The notes under the pieces are model-generated. The model did no database searches. It saw only the letters and a program-made list of their open reading frames with translations, and was not told the origin of the DNA. Source: an uncultured Acinetobacter sp. (GTDB lineage Bacteria > Pseudomonadota > Gammaproteobacteria > Pseudomonadales > Moraxellaceae). Taken from it: 64,000 bases of DNA. The stretch spans positions 2,200 to 66,199 of the forward strand of contig CAZKJI010000001.1 in assembly GCA_964553005.1 (NCBI GenBank), read 5' to 3'. Both the position numbers and the translations under genes were made by a program. Each line of letters begins with the position of its first letter. Position 1 is the stretch's first letter. Below, piece after piece: positions 55,664 through 64,000 of the stretch.

Positions 55664-56077
55664 CAGATCAAACTTAAATCTGCCTGAAAATAATGGTGCG
55701 TTTTTGTACAGCAAAAAATGTCATTCGTCGGGATGTAATTTTTTGCAAATCAGTCGAATAGCTTTTGATCAAAGAAAAAATAAATCATTAAAATAAAATA
55801 GAAAAAATAGAAACAAATCACGTATTTTTAATGCATTTAGCTAAAAAATAATCAATATATTTTACGATTAAAATAAAACAATATTTTATTAAAAATCAAT
55901 ATATTAATTTAAATACGACTTAATTTTAAACGATAATTAAATCATAAAATGTTAGCTGAATTTTGTGTAAAAATGATTAAAATAATTTAATAAAAATCTA
56001 TCTTTTTTACGCATAACTTATACAATTGGTCAAAATTTCAGTTTCCCTCCCCAAATTTGTTATTTACGAGGCTTACC

Positions 56078-57403
56078 ATGCCAAAGGCACAAAAACTTAT
56101 ATTGGCGGTTTTGATTAATGCCGCATTGATCTCCTCAACATACGCAAGCGAACAAAGCGAAGCAAAAGGTTTTGTTGAGGATGCAAATGGTTCAGTATTG
56201 TTCCGCACAGGCTTTTTCAATCGTGATAAAAAAGACGGTTTAACAAATGATACAAGCTCAACAGCGCAAACTGCCATTTTTGATCTTCAATCAGGTTTTA
56301 CAAAGGGTATTATTGGCTTTGGTGTTGGCGTAGTAGGTGATGCATCTTTTAAGCTTGGTGCGAATAATAATACGGGTAATCAAATGATTCCTGTAGATAA
56401 TCGTGGATTTGCTTATGATCATTGGGCTCGTGGTGGTGCCAATGTGAAAGCTCGTCTTTCCAACACAACCGTGACTTATGGTACACAGGTATCAACACTT
56501 CCTGTCATGGCAAGTAATCAAGCCCGTTTAGTACCTGAGTATTACACAGGTGTTTTCATTGAAAGTAATGAAATTCCAAATCTAAATGTGGTTGCAGGTA
56601 AATTCACAAAAAACCAAATGTCAAACCAAATTAGTACCGATAAAGATGTGACAGGTCAAGGGCTTGATCGTGCAGTAGTTTGGGGTGCTAAATATAAATT
56701 TAATGATCAACTCAATTCATCGTATTATGGCTTAGATGTTCAAGATAAGTTAGAACGTCATTATGCTAATGTAAACTTTACCCAAAGCTTAAAAGACAAG
56801 AGTACCTTAACACTTGATGCCATGGGTTATCATACAAAATGGGATAAAGATGCGCTCACTGATTCACATACCACAGATGATCTAGCAAACCGTAAAAACT
56901 CGATTTGGGCTGTTTCAGTGGGCTATGGCAAAGATGTACATAATGTCATGCTTTCTTATCAAGATAACACAGGTAATACTGGATATGACTATGGCTATAA
57001 TGCTGATGGTTTACAAAGTATCTATGTCCCTAATTCCTATTTAGGTGACTTTAATGGTAATGATGAAAAATCTGTCGGGCTACAATATAACTACAACTTT
57101 AAAAATCACGGTTTACCTGGTCTAAACTGGACAACTGCATTTGTTTATGGTTGGGATATTGATATCGCTAAAATAACAGATCGCTCAAAAATCATTGACC
57201 AAGCCGAAGAACATGAGCTCTTTAACCAAGTCAAATATACAGTTCAAACAGGTACATTGAAAGATGCAAGCCTACGTGTTCGCTATTCTTACTTACGTTC
57301 AAGTGATACCTATAATAATGTTTCTGGTGAATATGTCAGCAATGTCATTGGCTCAACCAATGAATGGCGTTTGTTCCTTGATATTCCTGTGAAACTGTTC
57401 TAA
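56078..57403 (+). CDS. oprD: OprD family outer-membrane porin (OccAB1-like)
   Basis: SEQSEAKGFVED, QSGFTKG..GFGV, EWRLFLDIPVKLF C-terminus. Confidence 0.92.
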   Translation: MPKAQKLILAVLINAALISSTYASEQSEAKGFVEDANGSVLFRTGFFNRDKKDGLTNDTSSTAQTAIFDLQSGFTKGIIGFGVGVVGDASFKLGANNNTGNQMIPVDNRGFAYDHWARGGANVKARLSNTTVTYGTQVSTLPVMASNQARLVPEYYTGVFIESNEIPNLNVVAGKFTKNQMSNQISTDKDVTGQGLDRAVVWGAKYKFNDQLNSSYYGLDVQDKLERHYANVNFTQSLKDKSTLTLDAMGYHTKWDKDALTDSHTTDDLANRKNSIWAVSVGYGKDVHNVMLSYQDNTGNTGYDYGYNADGLQSIYVPNSYLGDFNGNDEKSVGLQYNYNFKNHGLPGLNWTTAFVYGWDIDIAKITDRSKIIDQAEEHELFNQVKYTVQTGTLKDASLRVRYSYLRSSDTYNNVSGEYVSNVIGSTNEWRLFLDIPVKLF

Positions 57404-57426
57404 TTCACAGCTTTATTTAAGTCATA

Positions 57427-57493
57427 AAAAAACCTCCATTCAATTGAATGGAGGTTTTTTATGAGCCTGATTTTAGGGTGATAAAATCAGGCT
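57427..57493. terminator. Two tandem hairpins between convergent oprD and ppa
   Basis: AAAAAACCTCCATTCAATTGAATGGAGGTTTTTT palindrome, then AGCCTGATTTTA-N6-TAAAATCAGGCT. Confidence 0.85.
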
Positions 57494-57507
57494 TTATTTT
57501 TTCAAAA

Positions 57508-58035
57508 TTATTTTTTAGCAGCTTCGATTGCTTTCAACACTTCTTCTTTGGCAACAGCAGCATTTTCCCAACCACTGATTTTTACCCATTTGCCAGGCTC
57601 TAAATCTTTATAGTGGGCAAAGAAATGCTCAACTTGGCTGATCAACAGCGGAGGAAGATCGGTATATTCCTGAACATCTTTATACAATGGAGATAATTTT
57701 TCATGTGGCACAGCGATGAGTTTCGCATCAATACCACCATCATCTTCCATGTTCAGTTTGCCCACTGGACGGCAACGAATCACAGAACCCGCAGCAACAG
57801 GATGTGGCGTTACAACCAATACGTCTAATGGGTCGCCATCTTCTGACAATGTATTTGGCACATAACCATAGTTTGCTGGGTAAAACATGGCTGTACCCAT
57901 GAAACGGTCTACAAACAACGCATCAGAATCTTTGTCAATTTCATACTTGATTGGCGCTGCATTTGCAGGAATTTCAATGATGACATAGATGTCGTTTGGT
58001 GCGTCTTTACCCGCAGGAATATTGCTATAACTCAT
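57508..58035 (-). CDS. ppa: Inorganic pyrophosphatase
   Basis: [31 protein letters not shown]. Confidence 0.97.
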   Translation of the reverse strand: MSYSNIPAGKDAPNDIYVIIEIPANAAPIKYEIDKDSDALFVDRFMGTAMFYPANYGYVPNTLSEDGDPLDVLVVTPHPVAAGSVIRCRPVGKLNMEDDGGIDAKLIAVPHEKLSPLYKDVQEYTDLPPLLISQVEHFFAHYKDLEPGKWVKISGWENAAVAKEEVLKAIEAAKK

Positions 58036-58151
58036 ATCAACACTCGTTTATCTTGTGAACTTAGATGTAAATCCGAGAGATTATAACGTGATTATCAGGA
58101 AAATGATGCTAGATATGCTGAGTGTGAATGAATTTTATACTCAATGTGGAT

Positions 58152-58550
58152 TTAGGTCAGTTTAATCGTAATCACAAAGAGTAAAATTGGACAGAACATT
58201 GAAAAAAACCAAATGATTGAACGTAAAGTCGCCAAATTAGCTAAATAACATAGTCCGTAAATCACACGCAGTACGATATATGCCCAGCCCAAAGTGAGAA
58301 TAAACTTCTCTGGCACGACCATATATTCTGCCATGAAGATTGCAGCAATAAATAGAGGCAAGCTTTCAAAACTATTTTGCTGCACCGCATTGGCTCTTGC
58401 CGCCAAACCTGTGGTCTTTGCTAAAAACTCACGCGGATTGTGGTTGTCCTTTGCCTGAAAACCACCTTTTGATTTTGCAATCAGGGTAAAAACATACGGC
58501 AACAAACATGCAATAATAATAATCACTATAATGCCGCTAATACCTTGCAT
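58152..58550 (-). CDS. MAPEG family membrane protein
   Basis: DNHNPR, RANAVQQNSFESLPLF; four hydrophobic segments. Confidence 0.85.
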   Translation of the reverse strand: MQGISGIIVIIIIACLLPYVFTLIAKSKGGFQAKDNHNPREFLAKTTGLAARANAVQQNSFESLPLFIAAIFMAEYMVVPEKFILTLGWAYIVLRVIYGLCYLANLATLRSIIWFFSMFCPILLFVITIKLT

Positions 58551-58701
58551 GCTCACATCCATTATTTGAACTGGTTCTGATCATGCTATCATAACTCATA
58601 ATCTATTGAATTTTCATTCGTGCTTGTTCGCCAAGTGTTTCTTTTACATATTTTCTTTGTGTAGAAGTTCTGTTTTTTTCATCCTGTTTTAAGGTCAAGT
58701 T

Positions 58702-59091
58702 ATGCAACCTCAAGATCAAAAAGAAATGTTTGATGTTCTTGCGCAACAACGACAGCATCAGCTTTTAGTTGATCGGGTACTCAAGGTCGTTTTACCGATC
58801 GTTGCCTTTCTACTCAGTGTCATTTGTGCAAACCTGAACTGGCAGTCTACCCTGGGAACTTTTGTGGTCCTAACAATTGCTTTCTATGCGGTGGGAATTT
58901 ACCGTTTAACAGTCTGGCACTGGTTAACAGCGATTGTCATCTATGCTGTTGTAGATAATTATTTTAGCTTTAATGGAATCGACCCGAACCGATTGCGTTT
59001 TCAGCTTGCCACCATGCTGGTGTTTGTCGGGATTGTGGGAATTGGCCGTCCTTATATTGACCGTTGGTTAATGAAATCTAATCATAAATAA
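58702..59091 (+). CDS. Hypothetical membrane protein
   Basis: 129-codon ORF with about four TM segments; followed by a terminator. Confidence 0.7.
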   Translation: MQPQDQKEMFDVLAQQRQHQLLVDRVLKVVLPIVAFLLSVICANLNWQSTLGTFVVLTIAFYAVGIYRLTVWHWLTAIVIYAVVDNYFSFNGIDPNRLRFQLATMLVFVGIVGIGRPYIDRWLMKSNHK

Positions 59092-59119
59092 AAAAAACGC
59101 CGCAATTACGGCGTTTTTT
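59090..59119. terminator. Bidirectional terminator
   Basis: AAAAAACGCCG-caatta-CGGCGTTTTTT. Confidence 0.85.
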
Positions 59120-59129
59120 ACAGCACAGC

Positions 59130-60809
59130 TTAAGCTGGTTTACGTAAATCTTTACGCAGGATTTTACCAACGTTTGATTTAGGTAGTTCTTCCATAAACT
59201 CAACATAACGCGGGCACTTGTAGCCAGTTAGGTTTTGTTTTGCATAAGCAATAATTTCTTCAGTTGTTAAGGAAGGATCTTTTTTCACGATGAATAATTT
59301 AGGCACTTCACCTGATTTTTCATCTGGAACACCAATTGCAGCCACTTCCAATACTTTCGGATGTTTTGCAATCACTTCTTCAATTTCACTTGGGTAAACA
59401 TTGAAGCCAGAGACCAGGATCATGTCTTTCTTACGGTCTACAATCTTGAAGTAACCGCGTGTATCCATGACACCGATATCGCCAGTACGGAAGAAGCCAT
59501 CTTTCGTCATGACTTTTTCAGTTTCATCAGGACGGTTCCAGTAGCCTTTCATGACTTGAGGACCACGAATCGAGATTTCACCCTGTTCACCCAAAGCAAC
59601 TTCATTGCCATCATCATCAAGCAAGGCAACTTCGGTCAATGGTAATGGAATACCAATCGTGCCGCTAAACTCAGTCGTTGCAGGAGGGTTTGCTGTTGCA
59701 ACAGGTGAAGTCTCAGACAAGCCATAACCTTCAATGATGATGGTGCCTGTTACTTTTTTCCACGCTTCAGCAGTCGATGGCAATACCGCCATACCACCAC
59801 CCATTGCCATCTTCAATTTGCTATGATCAAGCTGTTTGAATTCTTCGTTATTCACCAGAGCATTGAACAATGTGTTTACTGCTGGGAAGAAAGAAGGTTG
59901 GTATTTACGTAATTCGCCAACGACTGCTGGTAGGTCACGTGGGTTAGGAATCAGGATATTGGCTTGACCTTTATACATACCGTAAAGCGCGCACACCATG
60001 AATGCAAAGATATGGTAAAGCGGCAATGCACAGACAATACGCTCATCTTTTGAACCATCACCGTCACCAAACTTACTTGAGAAGATGGCTTCACATTGCA
60101 ACAGGTTTGACACAAGGTTACGGTGGGTCAGTTCAGCACCTTTAGAAACACCTGTGGTACCGCCCGTATATTGCAGTACAGCCGTGTCACTTAAAGTCAG
60201 GCTTGGACGTTTGTAGTTGCTTGGGCTCACCTTGTTCAACGCAGTGTTGAACTTCACATGGCCAGGGATGCTCCATGCTGGAATTTGCTTGCGAACCTTA
60301 CGTAAAACGAAGTTTACGATGGTGCCTTTAAGCGTACCCAACATATCCCCTACAGAGGCAACAATCACATGCTTCACAGGGGTCTTGCCAATGATGCTTT
60401 GATATACGCTGGCAAAGTTTTCAATGATCACCAGTGCTTCAGCACCTGAGTCATTTAACTGATGTTCAAGCTCACGCGCTGTATAGAGTGGGTTCACGTT
60501 CACAAGCACCAGACCTGCACGAAATACACCCAATGCCACCACTGGATACTGGAATACGTTCGGCATCATCACCGCAACACGCGATCCTTTTTTCAAGCCC
60601 AGACTTTGCAGGTAGCTGGCAAATTTACGGCTGGCGACTTCTAATTCATTATACGTTAAAACTTTATCCATAAAGATAAAGGCATCACGTGAACCAAATT
60701 TTTGGAAATTGCGTTCAAAAATATCAACAAGTGAGGTGTTTTCAGCAGGCAGTGCAACTGTTTCTGGAATTCCTGTCTTTTGGTATTCAGCAAACCAAAT
60801 CTTTTCCAT
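59130..60809 (-). CDS. fadD: Long-chain-fatty-acid--CoA ligase
   Basis: YTGGTTGVSKGA AMP-binding motif, EGYGLSET, RTGD, ELPKSNVGKILRK. Confidence 0.95.
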   Translation of the reverse strand: MEKIWFAEYQKTGIPETVALPAENTSLVDIFERNFQKFGSRDAFIFMDKVLTYNELEVASRKFASYLQSLGLKKGSRVAVMMPNVFQYPVVALGVFRAGLVLVNVNPLYTARELEHQLNDSGAEALVIIENFASVYQSIIGKTPVKHVIVASVGDMLGTLKGTIVNFVLRKVRKQIPAWSIPGHVKFNTALNKVSPSNYKRPSLTLSDTAVLQYTGGTTGVSKGAELTHRNLVSNLLQCEAIFSSKFGDGDGSKDERIVCALPLYHIFAFMVCALYGMYKGQANILIPNPRDLPAVVGELRKYQPSFFPAVNTLFNALVNNEEFKQLDHSKLKMAMGGGMAVLPSTAEAWKKVTGTIIIEGYGLSETSPVATANPPATTEFSGTIGIPLPLTEVALLDDDGNEVALGEQGEISIRGPQVMKGYWNRPDETEKVMTKDGFFRTGDIGVMDTRGYFKIVDRKKDMILVSGFNVYPSEIEEVIAKHPKVLEVAAIGVPDEKSGEVPKLFIVKKDPSLTTEEIIAYAKQNLTGYKCPRYVEFMEELPKSNVGKILRKDLRKPA

Positions 60810-60965
60810 AATGCCATTATCTCCGAGTGGTAATCCTTAAAAATGTAACAATGTTACTTCCATGACAAAACATTTTTTTTAACTTTGTGAATTGCCCTGT
60901 CAACCTATTCAAACAATATGAATACATTGTCATATATAACGTATTTATAACACAGAATACTAGCC

Positions 60966-63185
60966 TTATCTCTGAATGAGGAGTTTATTTGCTTTTTGAT
61001 ATCCCCGTGGTAAAAGTTGCCCCTTTGTTGCTCTTTTTCCTATATATTTTTGGAGATCATCCCCTTTCAGTTTTAAGTGCTGTTGTCCTGCAGCGACTTG
61101 AATTATTTCATCTAACGTCAAGGTTGTCATGGATAAAATCTGCTCTTTTTCCTCAAGTTGTATCAACTTGTTACCTTTACCTTTGTTGAGTACAGGCAGT
61201 TCAGCCAAGTCAATAATGAGCAAACGGCCTGATGAACTCAGGATTGCGGCATGGCTGGCCGAGCGAATTGGAAGCAATGGCAAGGCGGTCGCCTTGTCTG
61301 CAACAGTTAAAAATGCTTTGCCTGCCTTAGCATTGGTATCCAGTTGTGCGGCCTGTGTTTTAAAGCCATAGCCATTGGAACTGACTGCAAGCAGCTCACT
61401 GTTATCATCTTCAATAAAGACCTGAATAAAGGATACGCCGCTTGCAGGCGCAAGCTTGGAACTTAAAGGCTCACCCAGACCACGCGCCGATGGCAAGCTG
61501 CTGATTGGCAAGGCATAGCTACGCCCCGTTTCATCAAGGAAATACACCCGTTGATTGGTTTTCCCAACTGCATGACTCAAATATTGATCACCTGCACGGA
61601 AATTTAGATTTGCTGCATCAACGTCACCACCTTTAGCGGCTCTCACCCAGCCTGCTTCTGACAACACCACCGTCACGGTTTCAGCAGGCATTAAATCCTG
61701 CTCCTTAATCTGCACCGCATCTGCACGTGTCACAATCGGTGAACGACGATCATCACCGAACTTTTTCGCATCTTCCTTCAGTTCATTGATAATCAGGCTT
61801 TTCAATGATTCAGGATTTGCCAGTTGTTCACGAATAATGGCTGCTTTGGCTTCCAACTCCTCCTGCTCGCGGCGGATTTCCATTTCTTCAAGCTTGGCCA
61901 AATGACGAAGCTTGAGTTCCAAAATTGCCTCAGCCTGAATATCATCAATCCCAAAGTGCTGCATCAAAACAGGTTTTGGTTGATCTTCTTCACGAATAAT
62001 CCGAATCACGGTATCAATATCTAAATAAGCAATTAAAAGGCCTGCCAAGATATGCAAACGCTTTTCGATTTTAGTTAAATGGTATTGTAGACGTCGTGTT
62101 ACGGTTTGCTTACGGATCTCAATCCATTCCAACAAAATACGGCGAATCGATTTGACTTGAGGACGACCATCTGCACCAATCATGTTCAGGTTGACGCGAT
62201 AGCTGGATTCCAGATCGGTGGTGGCAAATAAATGGCTCATCACCGTTTCAGCATCTACACGATTAGAACGTAATACAATAACTAAACGTGTTGGATTTTT
62301 ATGATCTGATTCATCACGAATATCTGCCACCAATGGTAACTTTTTCGCAATCATTTGATCTGCAATCTGAGTGACAACTTTTGAACCTGAAACTTGATAA
62401 GGTAGCTCAGTAATCACAATCTCATTTTTATCGACTGTATACACTGCACGCGCACGATAGCTACCACGCCCTGTGGTTTGAATTTTCAGTAATTCTTCTG
62501 GTGGCGTAATAATTTCAGCTTTGGTCGGTAAATCGGGGGCTGGAATATATTCTGCTAATTTTGCATCGCTAGTTTCAGGATTACGAATCAGCGCAATCGT
62601 GCCCTTCACGACCTCACGCAAGTTATGCGGTGGAATATCGGTTGCCATACCAACGGCAATACCCGTTGTACCGTTGAGCAAAATATTGGGGATACGTGCA
62701 GGTAAAGTAATCGGCTCTTTCATCGAACCATCAAAGTTATCTTGCCATTCACTGGTGCCTTGCCCAAGCTCACTCAGTAATAATTCACTATAAGCTGACA
62801 ATTTGGCTTCGGTATAACGCATCGCAGCAAAGGATTTCGGATCATCAGGCGAACCCCAGTTGCCTTGACCTTCAATCAATGGATAACGGTAGCTGAATGG
62901 CTGTGCCATCAATACCATCGCTTCATAACAGGCTAAGTCACCATGCGGATGATATTTACCAAGTACATCACCTACAGTACGTGCTGACTTCTTCGGCTTA
63001 CCAGTGGATTTTAAACCCAGCTCACTCATTGCATAGACAATACGGCGTTGTACAGGTTTTAAACCATCGCTAATATGCGGCAATGCACGATCCATAATCA
63101 CGTACATGGCATAATTTAGGTAAGCTTGTTCTGTGAATTCGGCTACGGAGCGGTTTTCTGTTGCATGATGTGCAAGGCTGGTCAT
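60966..63185 (-). CDS. parC: DNA topoisomerase IV subunit A (Leu at QRDR position 84)
   Basis: [36 protein letters not shown]; 739 aa, no GyrA box. Confidence 0.97.
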   Translation of the reverse strand: MTSLAHHATENRSVAEFTEQAYLNYAMYVIMDRALPHISDGLKPVQRRIVYAMSELGLKSTGKPKKSARTVGDVLGKYHPHGDLACYEAMVLMAQPFSYRYPLIEGQGNWGSPDDPKSFAAMRYTEAKLSAYSELLLSELGQGTSEWQDNFDGSMKEPITLPARIPNILLNGTTGIAVGMATDIPPHNLREVVKGTIALIRNPETSDAKLAEYIPAPDLPTKAEIITPPEELLKIQTTGRGSYRARAVYTVDKNEIVITELPYQVSGSKVVTQIADQMIAKKLPLVADIRDESDHKNPTRLVIVLRSNRVDAETVMSHLFATTDLESSYRVNLNMIGADGRPQVKSIRRILLEWIEIRKQTVTRRLQYHLTKIEKRLHILAGLLIAYLDIDTVIRIIREEDQPKPVLMQHFGIDDIQAEAILELKLRHLAKLEEMEIRREQEELEAKAAIIREQLANPESLKSLIINELKEDAKKFGDDRRSPIVTRADAVQIKEQDLMPAETVTVVLSEAGWVRAAKGGDVDAANLNFRAGDQYLSHAVGKTNQRVYFLDETGRSYALPISSLPSARGLGEPLSSKLAPASGVSFIQVFIEDDNSELLAVSSNGYGFKTQAAQLDTNAKAGKAFLTVADKATALPLLPIRSASHAAILSSSGRLLIIDLAELPVLNKGKGNKLIQLEEKEQILSMTTLTLDEIIQVAAGQQHLKLKGDDLQKYIGKRATKGQLLPRGYQKANKLLIQR

Positions 63186-63293
63186 TTCAGCAAGTCATCC
63201 AAAATCATTGTTATCGTCAATGCTTTGTATGCTATGTGGATGAATGCCTTGTGACAAGCCCTTGTTGTTGTTTAAACGTCAAATGGTGTCTTA

Positions 63294-63938
63294 TCAATGC
63301 TCATCCGTTGAAGATGCAGACTCAGCATCATCGTCCTTATAAATAAATTTCGGCATTTCCAGACCAAAATAAATTGCAATTACACGCAAGGTGAAACCAA
63401 ATACCAATGTAAAAATCACGGTAAGGTCATGTGGCAATCCAACCTCCAAACAGACCCAATAACAAATCACCGCAACAAAGGAGATACTGGCATACAACTC
63501 ACGGCGGAACACTAAAGGCACATCATTACACAGGATATCCCGCAAAATACCGCCTGAAACTCCCGTTAACACGCCTGCCACGGCGGAAACTACAAAACCA
63601 TGACCCATCGATAAGGCAATTTGACAGCCAATGATGGTAAAGCCAATTAGCCCCATGGCATCAAGTAATAAGAACACACTACGTAAATGCTTCATCCACT
63701 TGGCAATAATGATGGTGACAAATGCCGCACAGCAGGTCAGAACCAGATATTCAGGATGCTTGACCCATGTCAGGGGATAATGCCCCAGCAACACATCACG
63801 GACTGAACCGCCACCCAATGCCGTAACACAGGCGATCAGCACCACACCAAACCAGTCCATACTGCGCCGCCCTGCTGACAGTGCACCTGTCATCGCTTCC
63901 GCAGTAATGGCAATGATATAAATCACGGTGAGCAACAT
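63294..63938 (-). CDS. Trimeric intracellular cation channel family (UPF0126/YadS-like) membrane protein
   Basis: Duplicated TALGGGSVRD / TGVSGGILRD motifs. Confidence 0.9.
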   Translation of the reverse strand: MLLTVIYIIAITAEAMTGALSAGRRSMDWFGVVLIACVTALGGGSVRDVLLGHYPLTWVKHPEYLVLTCCAAFVTIIIAKWMKHLRSVFLLLDAMGLIGFTIIGCQIALSMGHGFVVSAVAGVLTGVSGGILRDILCNDVPLVFRRELYASISFVAVICYWVCLEVGLPHDLTVIFTLVFGFTLRVIAIYFGLEMPKFIYKDDDAESASSTDEH

Positions 63939-64000
63939 CTGCCTACATCCTTAAATCAGGCATAAAAGTGGGCGCTATTTTAAGGCAAACTTAGAGGAAT

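Noticed and set aside
55850-55906. AATCAATATATT direct repeat / IHF consensus upstream of oprD
   Set aside because: It matches WATCAANNNNTTR at 55894, but the region is so AT-rich that chance cannot be excluded
57427-57493. Tandem palindromes as a MITE, REP element or CRISPR remnant
   Set aside because: The two hairpins are unrelated, I saw no other copies in the window, and their position between convergent genes fits terminators

Overview
A 64 kb stretch of core chromosome from an Acinetobacter species, probably not A. baumannii (judged from recalled protein sequences; the species cannot be fixed without a search). Gene order: 5' end of trpE, gph, an FHA protein, T2SS gspNCD, hns, hemCDXY with algZ/algR, argH-yggX, phoU, TPP riboswitch-thiC, nudF-cpdA-dksA-gluQ, murD-ftsW, feoAB, xerD-dsbC-hom-thrC, pbpG, gacA-pilS-pilR, gpmI-ctpA, lptFG, pepA-holC, nrdR-ribD-DNA adenine methyltransferase-glpF-ribE, glnK-amtB, ubiK-comM, two TorF-family outer-membrane proteins, OprD, ppa, fadD, parC. 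I saw no IS, prophage, CRISPR array, tRNA or rRNA. The interesting signals are mostly non-coding or very small. (1) An unannotated 11-codon Trp-containing leader ORF (MKAVMVFRWRA) overlaps the gph stop and can pair with the trpE ribosome-binding region. (2) A putative nitrogen-limitation module has four sigma54 promoter motifs (glnK, an internal one for amtB, one for each TorF paralog) plus NtrC-like boxes, the best of which sits directly in front of comM. (3) A candidate ~85-nt sRNA with its own promoter and terminator lies between yggX and phoU. (4) ParC carries the fluoroquinolone-resistance substitution S84L. (5) A solitary glpF splits the riboflavin gene cluster, and AT-shifted tracts suggest interspecies recombination. 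Product names come from recognising motifs and synteny, not from database searches.
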